DNA of 64,000 bases from an uncultured Chloroflexia bacterium. GTDB lineage: Bacteria; Chloroflexota; Chloroflexia; QHBQ01; JADMIH01. The stretch spans positions 800,001 through 864,000 of the forward strand of contig CAWCNY010000003.1 of the NCBI GenBank assembly GCA_963797095.1, read 5' to 3'. Below are positions 40,375 through 50,045 of the stretch, one piece after another. The position numbers were made by a program, and so were the translations under genes. Each line of letters opens with the position of its first letter. Within the stretch, counting starts at the first letter, position 1. The notes beneath the pieces were generated by a model, which had not been told where the DNA came from, did no database searches, and was given only the letters and a program-made list of their open reading frames with translations.

Positions 40375-41370
40375 ATGAAGTTCGGGCCGGTGCCTCTCGA
40401 TGATGCCCTGGGCAAAATCCTCGGCCACAACATCGCCGGGCCTGACGGGCGGCGGGTAGTACGCAAAGGCAAAGCGCTCACGCAGGAACACCTGGACGCT
40501 CTGCGCACTATTGGCCGTACCCAGGTATATGTCGCGGCACTGGAACCGGGCGACCTGGACGAGGATACCGCCGCCCACCGCACCGCCGAGGCCATAATGG
40601 GCGGCGGCTTGCGCATGTCCGGGTCCAGCACGGGGCGGGTGAATGTGCAAGCGACGGTTTCAGGTGTGCTGCGCGTGGATGCGCAACGGCTGGCCCGCAT
40701 CAACGCCAGCGAGAGCGTGACCGTTGCTACGCGCACCTCAGACACCGCCGTGCGGCCCCGGCAAACCGTGGCAACGATCAAGATCATCCCATACGCCATT
40801 GAAGAACAGGTTATGCGCGAGGTAGAGGCAATAGCCGCAGACGGCCCCCTGCTGCGTGTCGACGAGATAGCGCCCCGGCCCGTCAGCCTGATCTACACCG
40901 GCTCACTTTCCGTTCGAGACAAGCTTGCCAGGGAGTTCGAGCCGCTGGTCGAGCGAGTGCAAGCCCTGGGCTCGCATATCGCCAACACCGACTACGTGTC
41001 GCTCGAAGACGAGAGGGCCGAGGCTGCCCTGGCCGAAACGCTGAACCGCCATCAGGCTGAGGGAGCGCGCCTGATCATTCTCGCAGGGGAAACAACCATC
41101 ATGGACCGCCACGACATAGTACCCCGCGCCGTAGAGCGCGCCGGGGGCCACGTGGAACGCCTGGGAGCGCCCGTAGACCCCGGCAATCTCTTCATGCTCG
41201 CCTACCTGGGCGACACGCCGGTCCTGGGCGCTCCCGGCTGCGCCCGCAGCCGCAAAACCAACATCACCGATTGGGCTTTGCCCCGCCTCCTAGCAGGAGA
41301 TCACCTCACCAACGCCGACATCATCGCCCTCGGACACGGTGGCCTGCTGGAAGACGCGACCGAAAGATAG
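40375..41370 (+). CDS. Molybdopterin-binding domain protein (Moco handling accessory)
   Basis: MKFGPVP, TGRVN, ATIKIIP, GAPVDPGNL and GAPGCARS. Resembles the N-part of MoCF-biosynthesis/MocA fusions, without the NTP-transferase domain. Confidence 0.8.
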   Translation: MKFGPVPLDDALGKILGHNIAGPDGRRVVRKGKALTQEHLDALRTIGRTQVYVAALEPGDLDEDTAAHRTAEAIMGGGLRMSGSSTGRVNVQATVSGVLRVDAQRLARINASESVTVATRTSDTAVRPRQTVATIKIIPYAIEEQVMREVEAIAADGPLLRVDEIAPRPVSLIYTGSLSVRDKLAREFEPLVERVQALGSHIANTDYVSLEDERAEAALAETLNRHQAEGARLIILAGETTIMDRHDIVPRAVERAGGHVERLGAPVDPGNLFMLAYLGDTPVLGAPGCARSRKTNITDWALPRLLAGDHLTNADIIALGHGGLLEDATER

Positions 41371-41519
41371 CGCCCCATACTCCTCCACCGGGCAGTGTCT
41401 CCCAATCAAGCTCCAATCAAGCAATTCAGCCGTAGCCGCCCCGTACCAACAAATAATAAGCCCGCAACTGCCGCATAAACCCCATCTGATGTATAATCAG
41501 CAGCATTGGGGGGTAGTAT

Positions 41520-44207
41520 ATGGTTACTCCCGGCAGTAGCACGCCGGGCGCGCGGAACCTGCCCCGGCAGTTCACCAATTTCATAGGGCGTAAGCGCGAG
41601 ATAGAGCGCGCCTGCGACCTGCTCACAAGCGTTCCCTTGCTCACCCTCATAGGCCCCGGCGGGGTTGGCAAGACGCGCCTCGCCCTGCAAATAGCCGGCG
41701 AAGCGGCTGCCAGGTTTGAGCACGGGGTGCGCTGGGTGTCGCTCGCGCCCCTTACCGGCCCCGAGCAGGTCGTGCCCACAATCGCCGCGGCGCTTGGGGT
41801 CGAGGAGACCCCCAGCCAGACCTTGCTCGAGGGCGTCGCTGAGGCCCTGTCGGCCAGGGAAATGCTGCTCGTCCTCGACAACTTCGAACACCTTCTTGGG
41901 GCCGCGCAAGATATAGCTTACCTCCTCGCCTCGGCGCACCGCCTCACCCTGCTGGTGACAAGCCGTATGGCCCTGCACCTCTATGGCGAGCAAGAGTTCC
42001 CCGTGCCTCCAATGCAAACGCCCGCACCCAATCTCCCGGCAGCGACCAACGCCGCGAGTCTATCGGCCCTGGAGGAGTACGAAGCGGTGGCCCTCTTCGT
42101 GGCTCGTGCCAGGGCGGTCAGGCCCGATTTCGCTCTCACCGAGGGGAACGCCCCCGAGGTAGTCGAGATTTGCAGGCGGCTCGACTCGCTCCCTTTAGCA
42201 ATCGAGCTTGCCGCCGCGCGCTGCAAGGTGCTCTTGCCCCGCGCTATCCTCGCGAGGCTTGAGAGTGGGCTGGCGCTGCTGGCCGGCGGACCCACCAATC
42301 TCCCAACCCGCCAGCAAACACTGCGCAATACCATCGGGTGGAGCTACGACCTTCTGGACGAACAGGAAAAGAGGCTCTTCAGAGAGTTGTCGGTGTTCGT
42401 GGACGGCTCCACGCTCGAAGCCGTGGAGGCTGTGTGCCATTTCCAAGATCGAGGTACAGGCTCGCAAGCCGGTACCCCTCTTGCAAATCCGCCGTCCCTG
42501 GCCCCCCTTGACCTCGTGCAATCGCTGGCGGGCAAGAGCCTGGTGAGGATCGGCCGGGAGCCGGGCGAGGGAGGCGACGAGGCACAGAACGGCGATTACC
42601 GCGTCGCAATGCTTGAGACGATCCGCGAGTACGCCCGCGAGCAGCTGGACGAGGAGACAACCGGCCCGGCCCGGAAACTCGCCCTGGGCGAGCGGCACGC
42701 CGAATGCTATCTCCGGTTGGCCGAGGAAAGCCACAAGCACATGGGCGGGGCCGAGCAGGGGGCATGGCTGCGGCGATTGGAGGCCGACCACGGCAACCTG
42801 CGCTCCGCTCTGGTCTGGGCGCGTGACAATGGCCGCTGGGACCTCGGTCTGAAGCTGGCAGGCGCGCTTGGCCGCTTCTGGGACGTGCGCGGCCACTGGA
42901 GCGAAGGGCGCGAATGGCTCGCCATCATGCTCGCCGCGCACGGCGACGATGCAGACCCATCGCTGGCCAGGGCGCACCACGCCGCCGGTCAGCTTGCCCG
43001 CAGGCAGGGTGATTATGCTGAGGCCCGTGCCCACCTTCAGAGCAGTCTCGATTTTTACAGGGAGGCCGGGGACCGCCACGGAACAGCCGCCTCCTTGAAT
43101 ACGCTGGGATATGTCGTTTACACCCAATCCGATCTTAAGGAGACCGACAAGATCACCGATGAAGCCCTCGCCATATACAGGGAGATCCACGACAGGCCCG
43201 GCGAGGCGGATATGATCTCCCTTAAGGGCATGGTAGCTACCAGGCTGGTCGAGTTCGACCGGGCGCGCGCCCTCCTCGACCGGAGCTTGCGGATATATGA
43301 TGAACTCGGCGACCGATGGAGCGTGGCTAACGCCCTCAACAGCCTGGGGGTGGTGCTCTCTGTGCAAACAGGCCACTACTCAGCCGCCCGAAAGTTGTAC
43401 GAGCGCAGCCTGGCGATCTTCCGCGAGCTTGGCGAAAGGCGGGGCACCGCCCTCACGCTGAACGGGGTCGGAGAGGCCCTGCGCTCTGAAGGCGATTACG
43501 CTTCGGCAATGCGCTACTACGAGGAGAGCCTGGCGATCTACCGCGAGTTGGGCGACAAGTGGGGGATAGCCATGAGCCTGCACAACCAGGGTCATGCAAC
43601 CCTGCTCGAAGGCGACAGCACGCGCGCCGCAGCCCTCTTTCTGGACGGGCTACAACTTGACCGCGAAATCGGCAACATCAAGGGAGTATCAGAGTGCCTG
43701 GCCGGCCTGGCCGGGGTGGCTACGGCCAACAGGCAGGCGAGACGGGCGGCGTGGTTGATCGGCAAAGCGGAGGCCACATGCGCCGACACCGGCACCGAAT
43801 TTGACCCAACCGACCAGGCCGAGTTGGACCGGCATAGTGCAAAAGCCCGCGCCGCCCTCGGAGAGGCCACCTTCTCGGCTGCCCGCTCTGAGGGGCGCAA
43901 TCTCAGCCTGGACGAAGTGCTGGCCCTGGCAACAGCCGAGCCTGCACGCTCCCCAACGGCTGCATCCTCCGGCGCGTCCGCCACCCAAACCGGGAAGCCC
44001 GAACAGCCCCCTCACTCTGTGCTGACGCGGCGCGAGCTTGAGGTGCTGCGCCTGGTAGCCACCGGCCTCACCGATGCCCAGGTGGCCGAGCACCTCACCC
44101 TCAGCCCCCAGACTGTGCACGCCCACCTTCGCTCGGTCTACAGCAAGCTGAACCTCGCCAACCGCCTAGAAGCCACCCGCTACGCCATCGAGCACAAGCT
44201 TACCTGA
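41520..44207 (+). CDS. NB-ARC (STAND) ATPase-TPR-LuxR HTH transcriptional regulator
   Basis: NLP..FTNFIGR, GPGGVGKTRLA, LVLDNFEH, LPLAIELAAAR, TPR repeats, and LTRRELEVL...HLRSVYSKL. Confidence 0.93.
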   Translation: MVTPGSSTPGARNLPRQFTNFIGRKREIERACDLLTSVPLLTLIGPGGVGKTRLALQIAGEAAARFEHGVRWVSLAPLTGPEQVVPTIAAALGVEETPSQTLLEGVAEALSAREMLLVLDNFEHLLGAAQDIAYLLASAHRLTLLVTSRMALHLYGEQEFPVPPMQTPAPNLPAATNAASLSALEEYEAVALFVARARAVRPDFALTEGNAPEVVEICRRLDSLPLAIELAAARCKVLLPRAILARLESGLALLAGGPTNLPTRQQTLRNTIGWSYDLLDEQEKRLFRELSVFVDGSTLEAVEAVCHFQDRGTGSQAGTPLANPPSLAPLDLVQSLAGKSLVRIGREPGEGGDEAQNGDYRVAMLETIREYAREQLDEETTGPARKLALGERHAECYLRLAEESHKHMGGAEQGAWLRRLEADHGNLRSALVWARDNGRWDLGLKLAGALGRFWDVRGHWSEGREWLAIMLAAHGDDADPSLARAHHAAGQLARRQGDYAEARAHLQSSLDFYREAGDRHGTAASLNTLGYVVYTQSDLKETDKITDEALAIYREIHDRPGEADMISLKGMVATRLVEFDRARALLDRSLRIYDELGDRWSVANALNSLGVVLSVQTGHYSAARKLYERSLAIFRELGERRGTALTLNGVGEALRSEGDYASAMRYYEESLAIYRELGDKWGIAMSLHNQGHATLLEGDSTRAAALFLDGLQLDREIGNIKGVSECLAGLAGVATANRQARRAAWLIGKAEATCADTGTEFDPTDQAELDRHSAKARAALGEATFSAARSEGRNLSLDEVLALATAEPARSPTAASSGASATQTGKPEQPPHSVLTRRELEVLRLVATGLTDAQVAEHLTLSPQTVHAHLRSVYSKLNLANRLEATRYAIEHKLT

Positions 44208-44590
44208 CACACCACAAATGCAGCACTACGCAATAAGCAATTCAGAGTAGGCGCTACACACCATCACCTGATCCCCCGCGTGTGAATTGCATGACGGGAT
44301 GCCATAAAATCGCAACAGCACTTCGCGGGATCGATGGGGATTTCGCGTTTACTCACGAAGCAGTTCGCGATAGGGATTGGTTAGCTTCACTGGGCAGACT
44401 GTGCGCTCTCATTCCTGACTCTCTGTGTAAGATAGAGGAGAGTTCGGTGTTGGAGCTGACCCCTCAATTCTGTGGCTTGTTCTGGCTACATACCTCGTCC
44501 GCGTCTGAAGACGTCTTGGGAAAGCTTGCAGTCAATGCCCTCCGCACGGCTTGTCGCGTTGAGGGACTTCGGGCACTTCCCTTATATGGG

Positions 44591-44698
44591 TCAAAGAAGG
44601 CATGGATCGAATTGCTCCACCAGCGTCTGATCGATTATGCCTGTATCGCTGGAGCCGACGGCCCAAACGTTGTTGGTTGTGTAGCGTACCTTGAACAT
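44591..44698 (-). CDS. Small 35-aa ORF or remnant with a xxVWAVG...TLVE repeat motif
   Basis: GGGGAG RBS then MFKVRYTTNNVWAVGSSDTGIIDQTLVEQFDPCLL*; below the ORF-track size cutoff. Confidence 0.4.
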   Translation of the reverse strand: MFKVRYTTNNVWAVGSSDTGIIDQTLVEQFDPCLL

Positions 44699-44944
44699 GG
44701 ATCTCCCCGTGAGAATGTGAATAAATGGTTACACCGGTAGTCTGGCAGCCAGGGAGGGGTCTGCGCGTCGGCAATCATGCTTATTGCTGCTTGGATATTG
44801 GAGGGTTGAGAGGCCACTAGCACGCAAGCAAATAAGCAATATAGCTGACGCGCCATAGGGTGGTGGTTGCTACAGTGTCAGTAAGCCAAAAGGCATCTGA
44901 TCCCCAAAAAGCGTATTGAGCCAACAATTGAAGGAGACAAGAAC

Positions 44945-46597
44945 GTGTTTCGCAAACTATCCATCCTCTCTCTGGCACTGGTAGCCGTTTTGCTGTCACT
45001 GCTAAGCCCTGGGCAGGGAGCCGGTGCGGCTGCCGGCCGCGCGTACGGCGCGAGCATGGGGGCGGCGGTGCTCGCTCCACCTCTCAGCCCCATCGGCACA
45101 GGCTTTACATATTCGGGACTGCTAGTAATCGGTGGCGCGCCTGCTGGAGGCCAGTATGACTTCACCTTGAAGCTGTTCGATGCCCTCTCAGCCGGGGTGC
45201 AGGTGGGCAGCACGATCAATATCGCTAATCAGGCGGTGATCGACGGGCACTACGACGTCCAACTCGACTTTGGCCCCTCGGCCTTCCAGGGCCAGGCGCG
45301 TTGGATCGAGATCGCCTACCGTCAGGCGGGTGGCGGTGCATATACCACGCTCACGCCGCGCCAGCCCGCATCGGTAGTTCCTTACGCCTTGAGCCTCTCG
45401 CCGGGAGCGGTTATCTCGGGCAACTCCGGTGCGGTCACTCAGGGCATACTGACGGTGCGGAACGAAAGCGTGGGCACAGCTCTGTATGGCAACAGTACCA
45501 GCGGGTACGGGCTATATGGCAGCAGCACCAGCGGCAAAGGAGTGTATGGTTCCAGTATAAGCAGCGACGGTGTCTATGGTTCCACCAGCAACAATCTCTC
45601 CGCAGGCGTGTTCGGCAGCAGCACATCGGGCACGGGTGTGAAGGGTACGAGCAGTGCCAGCTTTGGGGTGTACGGCTCGACATCGAGCGAGAATCCGTCC
45701 ATCGCGGGAGTGCTGGGCCAGTCCACCGGAACGGGTGGGGTGGGGGTAAAGGGCACGGCAAACTTCGGCTCAGGCACGGGGGTGTATGGCACCAGCAGTA
45801 CAGGCACGGGGGTACGCGGAGAGGCAACGACAAGTAGCGGTATGGGAGTGTGGGGTAGCGCACCTTCAAGCGGAGGCACCGGGGTATACGGCGAAGGGTA
45901 CTATGGCATTTTCGGCTACTCAGACTACAGAACCGGCAACGCCATATATGGCCTCAGCAATGGCAGCTCCAACTCCAAAGCAGTAGTCGGCGACAATTGG
46001 TCCGGGTACGGCGTATACGGTACGACATACAGCGGCATAGGCGTGTACGGCCAGGTGAGGACATATGGAGTTGGATATGCGGCCTACTTCCAGGGCAATG
46101 TGCACGTCAACGGCACCCTCTCCAAGAGTGCCGGGTCGTTCAAGATAGACGATCCGCTCGATCCTGAAAACAAATATCTATCTCACTCTTTCGTGGAATC
46201 TCCCGACATGATGAACGTGTACAACGGCAACGTCACCACCGACGGCAATGGCGGAGCGGTCGTGCAGCTCCCCGACTACTTTGAGGCGCTCAATCGCGAC
46301 TTCCGTTACCAGTTGACCGTAATGGGCCAGTTCGCCCAGGCCATAGTGTCGCAAAAGGTCAAGGACAATCGCTTCACGATCTTGACCGACAAGCCGAACG
46401 TGGAAGTGTCGTGGCAGGTGACCGGCATCCGCCAGGACCCCTATGCCGTAGCCCACCCCATAGAGGTTGAGGTGGAAAAGCCCAAGAGTGAGCGCGGTAC
46501 TTACCTGAACCCGCTGGAGTGGGGCCAGCCAGAGAGCAAGGGCCTCTACTACGAGCCTGAGCAGCTCGCCCAGCAGCCGCAGAGCGCGACTCGCTGA
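44945..46597 (+). CDS. Secreted protein with GVYG glycine-rich repeats and conserved C-terminal FKID.PLDP domain (fiber-like)
   Basis: Signal peptide; FTYSG...YDFTLKLFDA N-domain; many G(V/L)YG.S repeats; GSFKIDDPLDPENKYLSHSFVESPD. AAGGAG RBS before GTG. Confidence 0.75.
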   Translation: MFRKLSILSLALVAVLLSLLSPGQGAGAAAGRAYGASMGAAVLAPPLSPIGTGFTYSGLLVIGGAPAGGQYDFTLKLFDALSAGVQVGSTINIANQAVIDGHYDVQLDFGPSAFQGQARWIEIAYRQAGGGAYTTLTPRQPASVVPYALSLSPGAVISGNSGAVTQGILTVRNESVGTALYGNSTSGYGLYGSSTSGKGVYGSSISSDGVYGSTSNNLSAGVFGSSTSGTGVKGTSSASFGVYGSTSSENPSIAGVLGQSTGTGGVGVKGTANFGSGTGVYGTSSTGTGVRGEATTSSGMGVWGSAPSSGGTGVYGEGYYGIFGYSDYRTGNAIYGLSNGSSNSKAVVGDNWSGYGVYGTTYSGIGVYGQVRTYGVGYAAYFQGNVHVNGTLSKSAGSFKIDDPLDPENKYLSHSFVESPDMMNVYNGNVTTDGNGGAVVQLPDYFEALNRDFRYQLTVMGQFAQAIVSQKVKDNRFTILTDKPNVEVSWQVTGIRQDPYAVAHPIEVEVEKPKSERGTYLNPLEWGQPESKGLYYEPEQLAQQPQSATR

Positions 46598-46640
46598 GCG
46601 GCGAGCGGCGAGCATGGCTTGATTCAGTACTCGGATCTCT

Positions 46641-49229
46641 CTACAGAATCAAGCCATGCTCGGTCGCATGGCGACTGGCGGCGGTGCGGGTGGTCACATC
46701 TAGCTTGCTGAAGATCCTGTAGATGTGCGTTTGCACGGTGCGCGGGCTGACGATCAGGCGAGAGGCTATCTCGTTGTTGGTGAGTCCTTCGGCGACCAGG
46801 CGGAGCACTTCAAGCTCGCGGGCCGATAATTGGTCGGTAGACGGCGCAAGGGGGACGGTGGGCACCGTCGCGGGCGGGGTGAGAGGAGGCGGCTTGGCTC
46901 CCGGTTGACCGAGTTCGGCAGCAGGCTCTTGCCGGAGGGCGAAGGCGATGCCCTGGTCCTCGGTCAGAGCCAGCCCCCGCTCCCAGGCCAGCGCGAAATC
47001 GACTTCCTTCATCCTGGCGCGCGCCTTCTCAAGGTTCCGCGCAGCTAGGTCTCGCTCGGCGGGCACCGGGCGGGCGCCTGACGCCTCCGTAAGTGCGCGC
47101 GCCGCGGCGGTGAGGGTGACCGCGCGGCTGAGCAGCCCACTGGCGAGCGCGATAGCGGCCAATCCTAGTAGCGACCTGGCCACGCCGAACCGGTTGCCAA
47201 GCTCCTGCGAAAGCTCCAGACTCCGTTGATAGTACGGCTCGGCAACGGCATAATTGCCCTGCATCGCTTCAGCCAGCCCGAGGTATACGCAGGAGAGCGC
47301 CAGGTCCTTCTTGTTGCCCACCTGCTCCGCCTGCAACTCTATCTCGCGCAGTAACGAGGTACCACGTGCGTAGTTGCCCGCGTGCACGAATGCCAACCCC
47401 AGGTTGATACCGCTGCCTATCGAAACGATGCTGCCTCTCAGATCGCCCACCATTTCCAGGCTCTCTTCGCCATACCTTACAGCCTTCTCGTAGTCGCCCT
47501 TGTACAGCGCCAGGAAGCATAGATTGCCGAGCAGAGCTGCCGCATTCTGGGCATGCCCTATCTCACGCCACACCGTCAGGCTCTCCTCGAATCTGGCGAG
47601 GGCGCGCGAGTAATCCTCCTGCTCGGCGGCGACTACGCCCAGGTTGCTGAACGCCTTCGCGCTACCCAGTTGATCGCCCATTGCCTGGAACAGCGCCAGG
47701 CTCTCCTCGCTGAAAAGGCGGGTGCGCTCGTAATCGTTCCGCGTCAGAGCCAGCCACCCGGCGTTGAACAGCAGGCTTGCCTTGATCTGGGCTGGTATAG
47801 ACACGCTTGAGGCCAGCACATCGTCAAGCCAGCGAGATCCCTCCACTAGATGGCCGCGCGCATACCAGTACCAGGCAAGGCCAACCCCAAAACGTGCTGC
47901 GATACCCGAGTTCTCGCCGTCAAGAGCCCACCGAAGGGCGGCGCGTATGTTATCGTACTCCGCGTCCAGGCGCGCAAGCCATTCCGCGATATTACGTCCC
48001 TGCGCGTAATTCTTCTGTGATTCTTCGGCAATAGCGAGGTAGTAGAGCGCGTGGGCGTGGCGCATGCCGTGGGCTCTCTCGCTGCCGAGGCTACCTTCCG
48101 CTTCGAGCTTTTCCAGGGCAAACTCGCGGATAGTTGAGAGCATCGTGAAGCGAGGCTCTCCGTCCATCTGGTCTCTCACGCGTAGCAGGCTCTGCGATAT
48201 CAGTGACTCCAGGATATTCTGAAGATGCAGATCTCTTCCTTCCCCATCCTCTACAACGCACACGGACCGGGCGGCCTCTAACGTGAAGCCGCCCGCGAAC
48301 ACCGATAGGTCGATGAAAACCTGGCGCTCGGCAGCGCCGAGCAGGTTGTAGCTCCAATCGATCGCGTTGCGGAGGGTCCGCTGCCTGGCTGGTAGATCCC
48401 GCGCCCCGCTCGAGAGCACCGGCAGTACTTTGTCCATGCGCGCCAATAGAGCCTGAGGAGAGAAAAGCCGCAGGCGCGCGGCCGCCAGCTCTATCGCCAG
48501 GGGCAGGCCATCCAGGCGGCGGCAAATCTCGGCTATGGTCGAACTATTCGCGGTCGCCAGCGAAAACCGAGGCTGTACCGCTTTACCCCGCGCCACGAAG
48601 AGTTGTATGGCCTCCGAGCGCGCCATCTCCTCCCCGGACACCTTGCCCGCGCCCGGCAACTCCAAAGGCGGTACCTGAAGCTCGTACTCACCATACAGTC
48701 GCAGCGCCGTGCGGCTTGTGACCATCAACTGCACGCCCGGCGCGTTGGCCAACAGGCCGGTAATCTCGGGCCCGGCATCGACCACTTGCTCGAAATTGTC
48801 GAGCAGGAGGAGCAAGTCCCTACTGCCCAGGTAGTCGGCCAGGGTGTCGTGCAGAGGTACCTTGCCGCTCTCTTTCAGGCCGAGAGTTGTCGCGATTGTG
48901 GGCACAACCAATGCAGCGTCGCTCAGAGCCGCCAGGCTGACATAAAATACACCCTGCTCAAAATCGGCGAGCAACTTTTCGCAGGCCCGAAATGCCACCC
49001 TGGTCTTGCCCACCCCGCCCGGGCCGGTGAGGGTGAGGATGCGTACGTTCTCATCCTTGACCAGCGCGCGAATCTCATGTACCAATTCTTCACGCCCGAT
49101 GAATGCCGTGAGTAGTGTGGGGAGGTTGGTGGGAGGCAGCCTGCTTCCTCCGGACCCACCCGGCGCGGCTCGCACGTTCGGGAAGGGGAGCGTCTTGTTG
49201 TCGCGATTCAGGTTGCCGGGTGACGACAT
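46641..49229 (-). CDS. NB-ARC (STAND) ATPase-TPR-LuxR HTH transcriptional regulator
   Basis: NLP..LTAFIGRE, GPGGVGKT, LLDNFEQ, GLPLAIELAAAR, TPR repeats and LSARELEVL...SPRTVQTH. Start placed at MSSPG. Confidence 0.93.
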   Translation of the reverse strand: MSSPGNLNRDNKTLPFPNVRAAPGGSGGSRLPPTNLPTLLTAFIGREELVHEIRALVKDENVRILTLTGPGGVGKTRVAFRACEKLLADFEQGVFYVSLAALSDAALVVPTIATTLGLKESGKVPLHDTLADYLGSRDLLLLLDNFEQVVDAGPEITGLLANAPGVQLMVTSRTALRLYGEYELQVPPLELPGAGKVSGEEMARSEAIQLFVARGKAVQPRFSLATANSSTIAEICRRLDGLPLAIELAAARLRLFSPQALLARMDKVLPVLSSGARDLPARQRTLRNAIDWSYNLLGAAERQVFIDLSVFAGGFTLEAARSVCVVEDGEGRDLHLQNILESLISQSLLRVRDQMDGEPRFTMLSTIREFALEKLEAEGSLGSERAHGMRHAHALYYLAIAEESQKNYAQGRNIAEWLARLDAEYDNIRAALRWALDGENSGIAARFGVGLAWYWYARGHLVEGSRWLDDVLASSVSIPAQIKASLLFNAGWLALTRNDYERTRLFSEESLALFQAMGDQLGSAKAFSNLGVVAAEQEDYSRALARFEESLTVWREIGHAQNAAALLGNLCFLALYKGDYEKAVRYGEESLEMVGDLRGSIVSIGSGINLGLAFVHAGNYARGTSLLREIELQAEQVGNKKDLALSCVYLGLAEAMQGNYAVAEPYYQRSLELSQELGNRFGVARSLLGLAAIALASGLLSRAVTLTAAARALTEASGARPVPAERDLAARNLEKARARMKEVDFALAWERGLALTEDQGIAFALRQEPAAELGQPGAKPPPLTPPATVPTVPLAPSTDQLSARELEVLRLVAEGLTNNEIASRLIVSPRTVQTHIYRIFSKLDVTTRTAASRHATEHGLIL

Positions 49230-49412
49230 GGGCAAATGACCCGTGGACTTTATCCGAGGGCGAGTGTTCTCCAATTCACTACGATGATAGTAAATAATCA
49301 GCAGGATCGCAATAGGGGCAGTGTTGCGGGAGTGACCAAGAGCGTTATGTTGAGCGGTTGGCAAGTCCCACTCCATCAGAGTCGTTCAGTTGTTGCAACA
49401 CTACCCTACCCG

Positions 49413-49504
49413 AATTAACCAATCGCAATTAACCAATTAACCCGTCGCCAACGGCAGAATTGACCATTCCTGCCGATGTCCGCGCGCCTCCGCTGAGCTA
49501 CGAT
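49413..49504 (+). promoter_or_regulatory. Repeated AATTRACC boxes upstream of a -10 (candidate LuxR-activated promoter)
   Basis: AATTAACC at 49413, 49427 and 49435; AATTGACC at 49458; TACGAT at 49499-49504. Confidence 0.5.
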
Positions 49505-49586
49505 GCCGGTGTGGTCAGTTATGAGGTCGTTCGACCTCACCCCGGCTAAATCAACAGAAACAAAGCTTAGAAACCAGGAGACGAAA

Positions 49587-50039
49587 ATGGAAGGCAAGAA
49601 GATGAGCAAGACTACAACACCTCAGCGGTGCTTTCGGCTATTTGCGGCGCTGTCTCTCGTAGCGATCGTGGCTGCGCTGGTATTCGCGGTGATGGTGGCT
49701 GCCAGCATCCCCTCAACGACAGCGCAGCACTCCGCCCATGGATCAAACAGACCGATGTCCATCTCGCCATCAACTGCTCAAGCTCAAATGGACATGGGGC
49801 TGCACAGCCTCACACTCTCCCACGTGGCGAGTACCGTGCACAACAATGCCAACAATGCCAACAATGCCAACAATGCCAACAATGCCAACAATGCCAACAA
49901 TGCCACCCCGGTCCAGGCCACCGCCAGTACGGCCAATGTCGAAGGCGCAACGCTGAAGATGGATGCCTCGACTTACCAACTCGGCGGACAACCTGCCGGG
50001 CAGCAGTTCTCTCAAAACACAAATCAGCCAGGGAGGTAA
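49587..50039 (+). CDS. Small exported/membrane-anchored low-complexity protein with (NNA)7
   Basis: AGGAG RBS, N-terminal hydrophobic helix; first gene of an apparent operon with 50046. Confidence 0.6.
   Translation: MEGKKMSKTTTPQRCFRLFAALSLVAIVAALVFAVMVAASIPSTTAQHSAHGSNRPMSISPSTAQAQMDMGLHSLTLSHVASTVHNNANNANNANNANNANNANNATPVQATASTANVEGATLKMDASTYQLGGQPAGQQFSQNTNQPGR
49842..49904 (+). repeat. Perfect 9-bp tandem repeat (AACAATGCC)7
   Basis: Read directly; in frame, encodes NNA. Confidence 0.95.
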
Positions 50040-50045
50040 CGAGAA

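Noticed and set aside
44282-44740. 152-aa plus-strand hypothetical ORF
   Set aside because: No RBS, atypical composition and no recognisable motif; not supportable as a gene.
41520-49229. Avs/NLR-like antiphage STAND defence system
   Set aside because: Both ATPases end in LuxR HTH domains and lack nuclease, TIR, SIR2 or protease effectors, which fits transcription regulators.
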